A stretch of 64,000 nucleotides of DNA. Origin: Balanoglossus misakiensis (taxonomy: Eukaryota > Animalia > Hemichordata). The translations under genes and the position numbers were made by a program. Numbering within the stretch: position 1 is the first letter of the stretch; each line of letters starts with the position of its first letter. Below are positions 1 through 11,771 of the stretch, piece by piece. Location: the NCBI GenBank assembly GCA_040954595.2, contig CM082595.2:6536137-6600136 (forward strand). The letters are read 5' to 3'. The notes under the pieces were generated by a model. It saw only the letters and a list, made by a program, of their open reading frames with translations. It made no database searches and was not told where the DNA came from.

Positions 1-182
1 TGTATTGTACGATCAAGTAGAGATACATGTATGCAATTTAATAAAAAGTACAGATAAATATCCATATGTAGATTATTTGTCGGTATATACATTTAAAATT
101 AATCCAAAATTTTGGTCATGCCATCAATAATGTAACTTTTTCATACATCTTGCCTATCCTGTCTTTTCCATGATTTTTATAG

Positions 183-303
183 TTCCGGAAGATTTCCAGG
201 AGGTGCTCATGAGTTACACCAAGCAAGGTTTCCGGGTCTTGGCCGTAGCATGGAAAGCGATGGATCCATCTGTACAGTGGAATGAGGCATTGAAAATATC
301 CAG
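183..303 (+). CDS. ATP13A3: ATP13A exon ([25 protein letters not shown]...)
   Basis: AG at 181-182, GT at 304; N-domain GFRVLA motif. Confidence 0.9.
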
Positions 304-3300
304 GTACTCATGAAATTAAATTTTCTATCATTATTGTTATTAAGGGACATTAGCTGTAACTTTTGACTATTTTTTATTACTTGTGTTCTGTGTACTAACT
401 CCAGTTTCCTATGCTTACCCGCACATAATGCTCAAGTGTCCAGTATTCTGATTGTCAACGAAGCCTGCACATGTGAAATGATCATTGTTATTGTTGACAA
501 TTGAATTCTAGTCCGTACTAGAATACAAACTTTCAACAATAACAATGCAGATTGTACTCATATAGGGCATGTTAATGAACAAAATACTGGGCATTTCATC
601 AGGGATTCCAACCAGAAACTGTAGTTGATACATAGAACAAACAAAATAAGAAAATGACCAAAAGATACAGCTAATAGATCTTTAATTTAGCCTACGTGGG
701 TGAACAGATTATTCAAGTCAGCAGAGATACATTCAATGCTCTCTCAATTTTTTTCTGGTCTGTAGAGGAGACGTTGAGAGTGACCTTCACTTCCTGGGAT
801 TCTTGGTGATGCAGAATAAACTGAAACCGGAGACCACGCCCGTCATCAAAGAACTCACGGCTGCCTCCATCAGAATCATCATGGTTACAGGTAAAACGAG
901 AAATTGGTGTTTTGAATTGGTGGTGTTCTGTATGAGGAGTTTCTTAACTTTGATGTGCGAGTTCATGCTTTCTGTACATGTGATGTGGTTGTTCTTTGCA
1001 ATTACTTCACAAATTTTCTTGGCCAAGCTCCTTATATATGTGCAAGGTATTACACTCATATACATGTATATAGTCCATGTATACATGTAGTTCAATGCAC
1101 TGGCCTCGTCCATGCATTGCTGTATTTTGTGAATAACCCTAAAAATCATAGCAGGTACTCACTGCTGACCAGGGGCATTGTATGCAGTAAATACATTTAT
1201 TTGTATGAAGTCAAGTCAATATTTTTTTAAATATTGAATATTTTACGAGAAATAAGGCTAATTCTGCTGCTCTGTTTTTGACAGGAGATAACATGTTGAC
1301 AGCTGTCAATGTGGCCAGGAAGTGTTGCATACTGCAACCACATCACAGGGTCATCATGGTGGAGGCACATCCTCCCGATGGAGTCAAGGTGGAAAACATC
1401 ACCTGGACTTTTGCGGAGACGGACTTGCCGCCGACCCCGGACAGTCCTAACCCAGAGGTTGGTTCTCAGTGACACAAAATTGAAACAATACACGTCCTGT
1501 TTCACAAGTCTAGCGCCCTCACACAGGCATCATGAAATTAAACTCAAAGCGAGGCCAATGGGGAAAAGTTGACCAATGACATCAAGGGTGTTTAAATTCA
1601 AAGTCCAAATTCATTATGGGTGCATAGGGCGCTGGACTTATGAAAAGGGTGTGTACTATAGTTTAGACTCTCACAGCCCACGGTTCGCTACAAGGCTCTT
1701 CACTGATGCGCCCTCAACCATAATAGCAAAGGAGAAGCCCCACATGGTGTTGTGTAGCGAACTCATGCAATCAGACTATAAGCCTGCATGGACGGTGAGA
1801 TGGGCTGTGAGAGAGTCTAGAGAATGCTGGACTTATGAAAATCGTGTGTACTGTAGTTCATCCAAGCTCGTTCCCTCATAGTGTTGCATTAGAAATTGCA
1901 ATGAAAGCACAACAACCCAGAGTTGTCTCTGAATAAAGATAATTTTCTAACCAAAAATTAGCAGTGGACACACATACTTTTGAAAGCAAAATTAACCTCA
2001 TAAATTTTCTTGGTAATGTTCTTTGCAGAGTTCGTTGAATGAAGTTATTGTGCAGATGGATGAGGACCGACACACAAAATACCATTTTGCGTTAGGTGGC
2101 AAGTCGTTTGCAGCCATCCGAGAACACTATCCCTATCTCATGCCACAGGTAAGGAAATCCTGTAAATAGTATAATTATAACTGTTCGGTACTGCCCTGTG
2201 TATTGAAATTTTCCAGTTGACAGTTACCTGCAGAATTACTGTAAAACACTTTATTTTCGCGAGTTGAAATTTTCGCGATATCGAGAGAGGCCACAGCTGT
2301 TTCGCTAGTATTAATTTTCGCGTTCTCTTCTTTCATTCACTGCGTCGTTATCTTCAAAAAAAAAAAAAAAATACACAACTTTTTATTTTCACGCTATTTT
2401 GGCTCTCGCGTATTTCGCGAAAATTTATTGCTCGCGAAAATAAAGTGTTATACAGTAATTATAACTATACTGCCATGTGTATTAAAATTTTCCAATTGAC
2501 AGTCACCTGCAGAAATATTATACAATTCATACTTAAATTGATTCTGAGGCTGTTTTTTTTGTTTGTTGGCAATCCCAGATTGCAGTCTGTGGCACAGTGT
2601 TTGCCCGGATGTCTCCCAATCAGAAAGCTCAACTGGTGGAGTCCCTTCAGGAGCTGGAATATGCTGTGGGAATGTGTGGCGACGGTGCCAATGACACCGG
2701 AGCACTGAAGACAGCCCATGCCGGAATATCCCTGTCGGAGGCCGAGGCGTCTGTGGCCTCACCATTTACGTCCAAGACGCCCAATATTACATGTGTACCC
2801 AAAGTGATGAGGTTTGTCAATACTGTAAAACACTTTATTTTCACGAGTTAAATTCTTTCGCGATATCGAGAGAGGCCACTGTTTCGCGAGTATTTATTTT
2901 CACGTTCTCTTATTTCATTCACTGCATCGATATCTTCAAAAACAATTTACTCGACTTTTATTTTCACGCTATTTTGGCTCTCGCGTATATGAGGAAAATT
3001 AATTGCTCGAGAAAATTAAGTGTTTTACAGTATTGAATTATATTTGCATGAATTTGAAGTTGCCAATACAAGACAATACTTTTCAAGAGTTTTGTTATGC
3101 AATTTTGCATTGATTTTATAGCAATTTGATCACATAATATGCTGCATAAATATTAGACACATGTACTTGCAATTTTTCAATAGCATTATTAGTCCATGCA
3201 GACATACATGTAGTTTAGGGTGGTAAGGGCTACCAGCATACATGTTCATTTATGTGTGTTACTCTGACAATCACATGCATGCCTGTATACAGTAGCTGGT

Positions 3301-6300
3301 TTCTTTTCTCCAATGGTATCAAGACTTTCTTCATCAATTAAAAGAAAATGTGTGGTGCATTTAATATGCATGCAAAGATCGAGGAAGAGTTTTTAGTTAA
3401 TATTTATATTCTTAATGAATGTTTATGCTATTTTGACAGGGAGGGCAGGGCTGCATTGGTGACATCATTCAGCATGTTCAAATACATGGCGTTGTACAGT
3501 ATGATACAGTTTGTGTCTGTCATGATTCTCTACTTCGTAAGTACATTAAATTTTATCTCTAGCTCTCTCTTCCCTATAATCCCTTTGCATTGGAACAGTC
3601 CAATTGTTTCCGTAGTGAGAATGGTCATACCAAAAGATGTAAGGGTGAACATGGTTCTGTGTGTGGAACAGTAACTAGCAGCGAGACAATATACCTCAGT
3701 ACATGTACAGTACAGATCAGAACTAAGTTTCCAACTGGGTCAGCTGTGGGTCGTCCCGTGACCATAACACTGGCGTTATTTAAAAAAAAACAAGACTGGG
3801 GCTGTACTGTACATAATTTTTTTTACTCTCTTAAAGGTATACGGTCACCTATGGAAAATTAGCTATAGTTTATACATGGCGAATTGAAATCTAGCCAATC
3901 ACAGATTTTCAGTGGATGGCACACGCGAAAAAAGAGCGCCACCATATGTTCTTCGCCATTTCAGCCATATATGGGTGTATCTAAATTGGCGGTGACCGTA
4001 TACCTTTGAGAATATAATGTCAAAGAAATTACCAAATAAAAAATAAAAAAATTGTTACTGATATTTTTTTTCTTTGATAATTGTTGTTTCTATGTCTGCA
4101 GATTCAATCCAACCTGGGAGATATTATGTTCATGTATATTGATCTGTTTATTATCACTTTGGTGGCTGTTCTGAGTAAGTACACCTATTTCCCTTGGAGT
4201 GTGTTTGCATAGCTCGATCTCTTCCTCTGTATATACTGTAAAACACTTTATTTTCGCGAGCAATAAATTTTCGCAAAATACGCGGGAGACAAAATAACGA
4301 GAAAATAAAAAATCGCGTAAATTTTTTTTGAAGATAACGATGCAGTGAATGAAATAAGAGAACGCGAAAATTAATACTCGCGAAACAGTGGCCTCTCTCA
4401 ATATCGCGAAAATTTTAACTCGCGAAAATAATTTAGTGTTTTACAGTACTTCAGTATGGGTCTAGACTTTTCTCACAGCTATAGACTGGTTGTGGTACTG
4501 TGAAAAAAATTAATGTTTGTAATGTCTTATTTGTAATAATGTCTTATTTTTTATGTGCTAGTGGGTAGAAGTGAAGCGTATTCGAAGATCGTGATCAAGA
4601 AACCACTGACGCAGTTGATGACGACACCGGTCCTAGCATCGCTAATGTTGCAAATCACCGTCCAGGCTCTGGTACAAGCCTCAGCGTTCTTCATCCTCAA
4701 GGCTCAGTCTTGGTAAGTACAATTGCTTGTCTTCTGGGCTGGGTGTAGTGCTTTGGTTGGTTTCTGGTGTTGGTAATTAGTGAACCACACCCCGGTGGTG
4801 AAAGAGTTAAAGGGACAAAGTCTCTCTCTCGCTGCCCTTTTTCCAATAATTATGTTTGATACAAGACACAGTTAATGTTATTCTACATGTGGATATATGG
4901 TGAATCAACATTTGACCACACACAACTTCCATCCTGTTTGTAGGATATGAGAGTAAAAATCCTGCCAAAATGAACAAATGGTAAATTATTCATTTTGGCG
5001 AGTTTTTTTCACAATTGTGTCTACAAGTTGGATGAAAGTTGTGTGTGGTCGAATGTTGATTCACTATATATCCACATGTAGAATAACGTAAATGGTGCCT
5101 AGTGTATCAAACATAATTAATGGAAAAAAACCTGCGAGAGAGAGACTTTGTCCCTTTAAGGAGTCATCTGCAGTTACTTTGCTACTTGAGCTCTTTAAAT
5201 TTCATACTCAATGTAACGTGATAAAAAGTGATATTTCCAAGCTGCTCTTGCCATGAAAATATTATACGTGTACATGTATTTTTTTTCTCACTGTTTCAGG
5301 TTTGTACCTTTGGTTCCCAGTGATGAGAACTACTATGATAACATCCAGTGTTATGAGACGACAACCATCTTCCTGGTCTCCTGTTTCCAGTATTTGATAG
5401 TGGCTGCAGCATTCTCCACTGGAAAGCCCTACACCAAGCCTATTTACAGAAACTGTAAGTTGTTTTTACCCTTTTACTGCAATGGTTTGGTCAAATCTGT
5501 TCTTTTCTGTTGTAAAGTTAGACCTCAGAAGAGATAACTTGGGGTGACATGGTTAAAGGGACAAAGTCTCTATCTCGTTGCCCTTTTTCCATTAATTATG
5601 TTTGATACAAGACACTGTTTATATTATTCTACATGTGGATATATAGTGAATTAACGTTCAACCACACACAACTTTCATCCCATTTGTAGACCCGAGAGTG
5701 AAAAACTCGTCAAAATGAATAATCTGTGTTTATCGTTTATTCATTTTGGCGAGATTTTTACTCTCATATCCTACAAGCGGGATAGAAGTTGTGTGTGGTT
5801 GAACGTTGATTCAGTATATATCCACTTGTAGAATAACATAAACAGTGTCTTCCATCAAACATAATTAATTGAAAAAGGGCAGCGAGAGAGAGACTTTGTC
5901 CCTTAAAAGCCCTGTGAGCTAGCTACCATATTTAGCATATTTTTAATGATAAAAAATATTTTCATGGGTGACTGTTTCCTATTTGACTTCAAGTTTAATA
6001 TATGGCATATGCCATCACAAAATATTGCATTATTTTATGTCTATTATTGTCTGATGCTGTGCATTAATTATAATTAATTGATTATTTTTTACAGACCTGT
6101 ACACAGGAGCCCTTATCTTACTGACTATAAGCACCTGTATATTGGTATTAGTGCCTTCAGAAAAGCTGGCAAATTTTGTTGAGGTAGGTGAAATAGAACT
6201 CGTTATCATAGCATATGCTATCCACAAGTGAGAAAATCAACAGAAACAAGTGTTTTGATTGGTGTAAAATGTAGTGTGCAACATATCTGCACCTATCAAC

Positions 6301-7898
6301 ATCTCAATATCATAGTAATATGATCTGCCCACAAACGAAACTCAATAGATTGGGATATTTTGATTGTTCAAGTGGTTGTATGAAATGACAAGATTTCTCT
6401 GTCTTTCTCCACTTTCTCAGCTGGAAGTTTATCCTCAGTATTCATTCCGGGGAGTGCTTATTGGTATTGCAGCTGCTAATCTGGTTTTATCCCTGCTTGT
6501 AGAGGTGAGTGATCAAGTTTACTTTTAACCTGTTGAAATACCATAGCCGTCCATTAGTTTTTCTCAATGCCTTTAAAGCGCCTAGTTCGTCTCACACACA
6601 TGTTCTAGCTGTAGCCGCTGGTTACAGACGTTTAGTGAACAGTCAATCCCATAAGGCAGTGCTCTGTCCTAACAACTGAGAAGATAGCGGCGACCATAAT
6701 CTGTGTCGGAGATCGAGAAAAGACACTAGCTTGGGTGAAAAGGAGGGACAAAACCAGAATCTACTTATACAGTGCGCATGAAATATGGAAGGAAGCAATG
6801 GCAGTCCATTATTTGGAAGTTACGCGCATGCGACGATCTATTGCCTTTAATATTGTCTTCCAATATACCATGTCTGTTTTGCGAAATTTATATTACACTT
6901 AATTTTCATAGAAAGCACTGATAAGAACAGCAAGAAATTAACATTCACAAAGTTTTGGTGACATTGGCCGATGTTTTTTTATTACATTGTATCCAAACAG
7001 TCAGTATCTCAGTTACATTTTGAATGATAATCAAGCAGATAATAATAATTATAATAATAGTTTATTCTCATAATAATCAAACAAACAAATTGAAAGGAAA
7101 AAAGATAACTGTTTGGTTTACAAGGAGAATACTAAGGACTGAGAGGTGTCCCAGTGTCCAAAATATTATTTTTATCAGCTCTGTGCAACCACATTCCTAC
7201 TTTTTGACTATCATGCTGTTAGGTAACATTGACCGAGTCCCTAGAACTGTCTCACATGCCCTGCAAAATGATTCACTTCAGTGATTTTTTTAAAAATGAA
7301 AATGAATTCTATCCTTTTTTCTTTTTTATTAAAATTCCTTATGTAATAAATGCGAAAGAGATTGAAAAATTACAATCAAATCAAATTATTAACTTTCTGA
7401 AATATACCATTACCAGTATATTGGCTCTGCAATATATTTTTTTCTCTAAGTTGTTTCTTAACTTAAATTCATTCTTAATATAACTTCAATTGGTGTGTTC
7501 GTCTGACATATCCAATATCTATGAATGCTCCATTTACCCAGTAAAATCAAAAGTTGTACCGGTAGGACAAGGTTATAGTCTTTTGAGATGATGTTTCCAA
7601 AATGAATTCTATCCTTTGGTTTGTATTCCTCCAGTTTGGCTTGGTGCCCCAGCGCTGGCTCAAGTACATCATCGAATGCACGTGGTGTCGCAAGACCAAA
7701 CCCACCCGCAAATTCAGAACCGTTGAACTTGAAATGATGGCTGACCCTCACTGGCCTCCTGTAGCCCCTGCCCTTGAAAACGCTAAAGGTGGAACGAACG
7801 GCAGCGACCAGGAATTCATGTTGTCGTCAAGGTCTCGTGGTGCACAAACTGGGAATGAAGAAAAAGAAGGAGGCATTTCTCAGTCTACGCAGTTTTGA
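183..7898 (+). CDS. ATP13A3: P5B-type ATPase (ATP13A2/ATP13A3-like polyamine transporter), 3' part, 12 exons, 5'-truncated by the window edge
   Basis: join(183-303,766-890,1285-1457,2029-2148,2579-2811,3440-3536,4102-4174,4562-4712,5300-5454,6095-6183,6421-6504,7635-7898). All introns are GT-AG and the frame is continuous (~560 aa). Motifs: [79 protein letters not shown] and C-terminal WPP. ATP13A2 versus ATP13A3 cannot be resolved; likely a pro-ortholog. Confidence 0.95.
340..685. mobile_element. Old palindromic (foldback) MITE, Kolobok-like
   Basis: Arms AGGGACATTAGCTGTAACTTTTG... / ...CAAAAGATACAGCTAATAGATCT, centre ~514, TTAA-like flanks. Confidence 0.65.
766..890 (+). CDS. ATP13A3: ATP13A exon ([23 protein letters not shown]...MVT)
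   Basis: AG at 764-765, GTAAAA at 891. Confidence 0.92.
1285..1457 (+). CDS. ATP13A3: ATP13A exon ([14 protein letters not shown]...PNPE)
   Basis: CAG acceptor, GTTGGT donor at 1458; completes the TGDN motif. Confidence 0.88.
1664..1819. mobile_element. Small TIR element with TAG...CTA termini
   Basis: TAGACTCTCACAGCCCA / TGGGCTGTGAGAGAGTCTA plus inner inverted GTTCGCTACA/TGTAGCGAAC. Confidence 0.65.
2029..2148 (+). CDS. ATP13A3: ATP13A exon (SSLNEV...[23 protein letters not shown])
   Basis: TTTGCAG acceptor, GTAAGG donor; YHFAxxGKSF resembles ATP13A3. Confidence 0.88.
2237..2457. mobile_element. MITE family A (TA-flanked, Tc1/mariner-type; TACTGTAAAACACTTT TIR)
   Basis: TIRs; near-identical copies at 2821, 4234, 50735, 58543. 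Confidence 0.85.
2579..2811 (+). CDS. ATP13A3: ATP13A exon ([10 protein letters not shown]...[14 protein letters not shown]...SPFTSK)
   Basis: P-domain hinge GDGAND; CAG/GT boundaries. Confidence 0.95.
2821..3032. mobile_element. MITE family A
   Basis: TACTGTAAAACAC...GTGTTTTACAGTA; starts 9 nt after the exon end at 2811. Confidence 0.85.
3440..3536 (+). CDS. ATP13A3: ATP13A exon ([24 protein letters not shown]..., TM5)
   Basis: CAG acceptor, GTAAGT donor. Confidence 0.93.
3831..4009. mobile_element. MITE family C (TTAA target, AGGTATAC[AG]GTCACC TIR; Kolobok-like)
   Basis: TIRs; copies at 30165, 48682, 57817. Confidence 0.8.
4102..4174 (+). CDS. ATP13A3: ATP13A exon ([26 protein letters not shown]6)
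   Basis: CTGCAG acceptor, GTAAGT donor; NLGD..F..ID motif. Confidence 0.9.
4234..4448. mobile_element. MITE family A, reverse orientation
   Basis: Reverse complement of the 2821 copy. Confidence 0.85.
4562..4712 (+). CDS. ATP13A3: ATP13A exon ([20 protein letters not shown]...QSW, TM7)
   Basis: TAG acceptor, GTAAGT donor, in frame. Confidence 0.88.
4807..5159. mobile_element. MITE family B (~350 bp foldback, TTAA TSD, AGGGACAAAGTC TIR; Kolobok-like)
   Basis: TTAA|AGGGACAAAGTCTCTCTC...GAGAGACTTTGTCCCT|TTAA; nearly fully palindromic. Confidence 0.88.
5300..5454 (+). CDS. ATP13A3: ATP13A exon (FVPL...[15 protein letters not shown]...[13 protein letters not shown]8)
   Basis: TTTCAG acceptor, GTAAGT donor. 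Confidence 0.92.
5553..5907. mobile_element. MITE family B, opposite orientation to the 4807 copy
   Basis: Same TIRs; asymmetric core inverted. Confidence 0.88.
6095..6183 (+). CDS. ATP13A3: ATP13A exon ([32 protein letters not shown]9)
   Basis: TTTACAG acceptor, GTAGGT donor; hydrophobic and in frame. Confidence 0.85.
6421..6504 (+). CDS. ATP13A3: ATP13A exon ([30 protein letters not shown]10)
   Basis: Polypyrimidine+CAG acceptor, GTGAGT donor. Confidence 0.87.
7635..7898 (+). CDS. ATP13A3: ATP13A terminal coding exon ([10 protein letters not shown]...DPHWPP...STQF*)
   Basis: CTCCAG acceptor; [17 protein letters not shown] resembles the ATP13A2 C-terminal ..WPP segment; TGA at 7896-7898. 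Confidence 0.88.
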   Translation, partial: FGLVPQRWLKYIIECTWCRKTKPTRKFRTVELEMMADPHWPPVAPALENAKGGTNGSDQEFMLSSRSRGAQTGNEEKEGGISQSTQF

Positions 7899-10262
7899 TC
7901 GTATTTATTTCTTGCCCTTCCAGATTTTATACCAACTTTGAACACTTATTTGTAACTGGTGTTGAAAACTATTTTTTTATGTACTAGTTTTTTTTTCTGG
8001 AATTTTTTGTACAAAGCTAAAAATACAAAGAAAAATGAAAAAAAAACAATAATTTTTAAAGAATTCACATAGTATGACTGCTGTTTAGTTTTTCTTACAG
8101 CTCACTATTATCTTGAAAATTATAAGATGATTTATAATCATAATTTGGATAAACAAAAGAAGTGGATCTTTTATTGACATACTCAAGGATAGGTAATGTG
8201 TATTCAAAAGTGAGCGAAATTTATCAGCCCAGGTTCAAAGACTAGTGGCAGTTTTATGACCATACTGGTATTGTCTTCCCCAGTATATCCTGACAGACTG
8301 GAGATTTTTTTATAAAAAAAAGACGGAAATGTTGAACTACAAGGCTGGAGAAAACAAAGCTGGTGTAGCCCATATAAGAGTGGCTCTGAAATGACTTGCT
8401 TGTCACTACACATCCTGAAGAACAATGTCATGATGTATATAGTTACCGTAGATTAAAAAGAAGACAATTACTTTGTCATTTGTGCCTTATCGAATTCCTG
8501 TAAGATATGGAACATAGTTTCAAATACCGTCTTCCATTATCCAATAACATGTACAAAGTTACAATGGCGAAAAACACATCACTCATCAGTCAGTCAACTT
8601 TTCTGAAAAACATAATGGTATTATTTCAGCAACCTATTTCAAGCTTTTGTCGATCCTATTATGTAATTTACATATGTCCATACCGTTAAAATGGCGTCTT
8701 CTAATGGCCTTGTAGTATGAGATGCATAAACCTCTGTACTATTCTAAGGGGATAAGAGCTCATGGCTGAAAAAAATGACGTTGGTTTTTACATTTATATT
8801 CATCATTTAAAACCTGTCGATGGTTATTTTAGTGCACCACTAAACATTTTCTCATAGTATATATTTTCCATGAGTTTCATTCATGGTTGTGTTGTCGGTC
8901 AGCAGTAGAGGATTATGGATTTCATCAAAAACTGATATATTTTTAGACAAACAAAAAAATTATATACATATTTGTAGGATTTCAAAAGTCACTGCCGTAT
9001 AACATACATATTGTATTTTAAAAACAAACCAACAACAAAAGAATACTTAAACCAATATGTAGTTGTTTGTGGATGTTACCTTTGAAGTTTTTTTTTCAGG
9101 GACAAATGAATGAAAAATCATGGTATACACTATTGTGGCTGTATGCACAGGCCAGATATATAGGCGGTCAAGTGCACACAAACAAATTTTTTTATCCCTT
9201 TTTTCTGCACATAAGTCTAACCTCATTGTTGAACGAATTTGGGTTGAACCACCGATTAGAAGGGTTTTAACTCTTTCACCATCATGGTTCAGTCCAAACC
9301 CATTGTTTTCTATGGTGAGGTTGGACCTCTAAAGCCGAAACTTAGTTAATAATAATTATATAGCAAACGGCATGTTGCATGGGCCTTTTATTCATATATT
9401 AGAATTTTTTTTAACTTCTGAAATACTGTACAGCTTCTTATTTATTTCTTGTACCTCCTTGAACTAAAATGTATAGTCTTCATAGTCTTTGTTTTTAGAA
9501 AAAAAGATTTAACACATTAAAGTAAAAAAAAAACTTTTCGCTCTAATTTGTTTGATGTTAAAAAGTGTTGTTGTTGTTTTTTTAAATTTGTTCACATTGG
9601 CATTTTTTTAATTAGAACTTGTAATTTTGATAACTGGCTATTGGTTAAGGCCCTATGTTAGATATTTAATTTGTCCTCTGTTCGGCTAGTGCTAAGCATG
9701 AATGTGGCACTGTCCTCAAATCTCAATCTTAGCCAACCTTTCCCAACTATTAAAAAAAGTTCTTGACTGCAGAAATACAGTAACTTTTCATGGTTGAGAG
9801 TCAACTAAAAGTAAAACTGTAGATTTGAAATTAATATTTTCAAATTCATGATTCAGATTTTCCTCAGACCTTCTCAGGTAATCGGGTATTCTTTGTTCGG
9901 TGAATTTATGTTCAAAGACTCTCAACCCATTTCCTTTGTACCATGGTGCATCCAAACCCTTAAATGTAATAAATGGGAAAATAGTACTTAAAATTCTAGT
10001 TTTCATGAATAAAGATGAGGAAATTCTGTCAAGTGTAATTCAATATATTCCACATTGTACTATACATTTCTATTCATTTGATAACTTTCCTATACAAATT
10101 ATTGTATAAAATGTAGAGCAAGGTAAACATTTTTTTATTTTTTAAATGACGATTCCAGCTTAATTTTTATTCACATGCCACTGCATACTGCTGTCAAAAT
10201 ACAATCATGTGTTCAAAAGTAAACTTTGACATGTGTGTGTTTTTTTAAACATGAAGTAGATG

Positions 10263-10300
10263 AATAAAATATTTGTATCTGAATTTTGTGTGTTTTCATT
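10263..10300 (+). terminator. Candidate polyadenylation signal of ATP13A (would give a ~2.4 kb AT-rich 3'UTR)
   Basis: AATAAA at 10263-10268 followed by a GT/T-rich tract, at the end of the AT-rich region and just before the CpG-rich promoter; other AATAAA hexamers exist (e.g. ~10008). Confidence 0.4.
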
Positions 10301-10399
10301 TATTTTCCCATTTGGAGATTATTGAAATAAGTTTGGGAATGTTGTTTGATTTTCTCGGGGTTGGCCATAGCGCTCTCAATGTCAGTGATAAAAAATTCT

Positions 10400-10952
10400 G
10401 TTGTATTCACGCAGTCCCTCCTTGACGGAGATGGAGCTCCCCTCTGGAACAAAATGGACTGTACCGGAAGCGGAAGCGGTCGAATGAAACCCAAACAAGC
10501 TACGAGAGCTGCATGCTGATTGATCCAGCGCTGTGGGTTGGGGACACCTGTGTTGTTCTGTCGTCGTCGTTCTAGGCGCTTGTCAACAGGGGCCATTATT
10601 GTGCAGACGACGTTGCACCTGGTACTTTGTTGTAAACAAAACAGAGCCCAACCGGAGGTCCAGCGATAGACACGCCGTGCACGGGGAACTGACAGCGTCT
10701 GAGGTGGAATTCTGAGGTCTGGTTTTCACGTTTTATCTGCTTTTCCACCTCTCAGAAAGACATTTTGTGTGTAGCCGATAATATCGGACGGTTTCATCCA
10801 TCGTCGGTTCGCCAAGAAGGTTCGCCAAGAGTTGCTAATGCTTCGCTTCGACTGTCTGTAAATGTGCATTGGCTAAGACTGCACAGTGTCGCCCAGTTTC
10901 ATTCACAGCCCAGAGAATTGCTATTTGCAGCCGTCAAGTAGTATTTGCACAG
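10400..10952 (+). promoter_or_regulatory. CpG-rich promoter and probable non-coding first exon (distal ECE promoter)
   Basis: Sharp rise in CpG; tandem ETS/GABP sites ACCGGAAGCGGAAGC at 10463-10477; strong donor CAG|GTAGGT at 10952/10953; no phase-0 ATG after the in-frame TAA at 10836. Confidence 0.55.
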
Positions 10953-11314
10953 GTAGGTTATGCATGCTGTTGTTTGTTGTTTACTAAATGTAAACATTGA
11001 TGTTCGTAGCAGACGTCATTTCAGACCTGCACATTCAAAGCTCAGTCGCTTGACTGTGTCCTTGAACGAAGTTGCAATATACCACCAGTAATTAGCCTGT
11101 CGTTTACCGTCGCCTGGCTTGCCTGAGCAGTCGTAGAGGCGGAAGCGAGAAAATATTACTTTATTCAATGTGCAGTCAATTTTACTAGCGAGCAAGAGTG
11201 TACGTTGCGTGCGTGCCCAATTTCCCGAAGTTTATGAAAATTTAATGATGTATTTTCTCGGTGTATTTTACAGAACTTTTTTTTTTCCGTGGAGTAAAGG
11301 CAGTTTATTTGATT

Positions 11315-11457
11315 TTTTGTTTTGTTTTGTTTTGTTTTGTTTTGTTTAGTTTAGTTTAGTTTAGTTTAGTTTAGTTTAGTTTAGTTTAGTTTAGTTTAGT
11401 TTTGTTTTGTTTTGTTTTGTTTTGTTTTGTTTTGTTTTGTTTTGTTTTGTTTTGTTT
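11315..11457. repeat. Compound pentanucleotide microsatellite (TTTTG)n-(TTTAG)n-(TTTTG)n
   Basis: Read directly. Confidence 0.95.
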
Positions 11458-11771
11458 ATTTTTTCATTTGTTTGACTTTTCATTGTTTGATTTCTTATAG
11501 TGTCATACCAGCCAGCAGAATTTTGTTAAAGTACATTTCGAAACTGATTACACTATTTGTGTAGGTTTCACACTGCTGACTGAAAAATACCACGGCTTCC
11601 AGAGTTTGTTTTTACATTACAGCATTTGTATAATAGCAATGAATTATGCCTGCAGGCTTGCGTGGCTTCCCCATGCCTCACCCTAATGCATAATTATGCT
11701 GCCAAATTACACTTAGCTTTGGTCTATGGCAAAATAGAACTCTCCCAGGGTTGATTCCCAGAGAGTTAAAT

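Noticed and set aside
4090-4401. [17 protein letters not shown]... ORF and similar ORFs at 2791, 50639 and 58587
   Set aside because: They recur because they are family A MITE sequence; no transposase motifs
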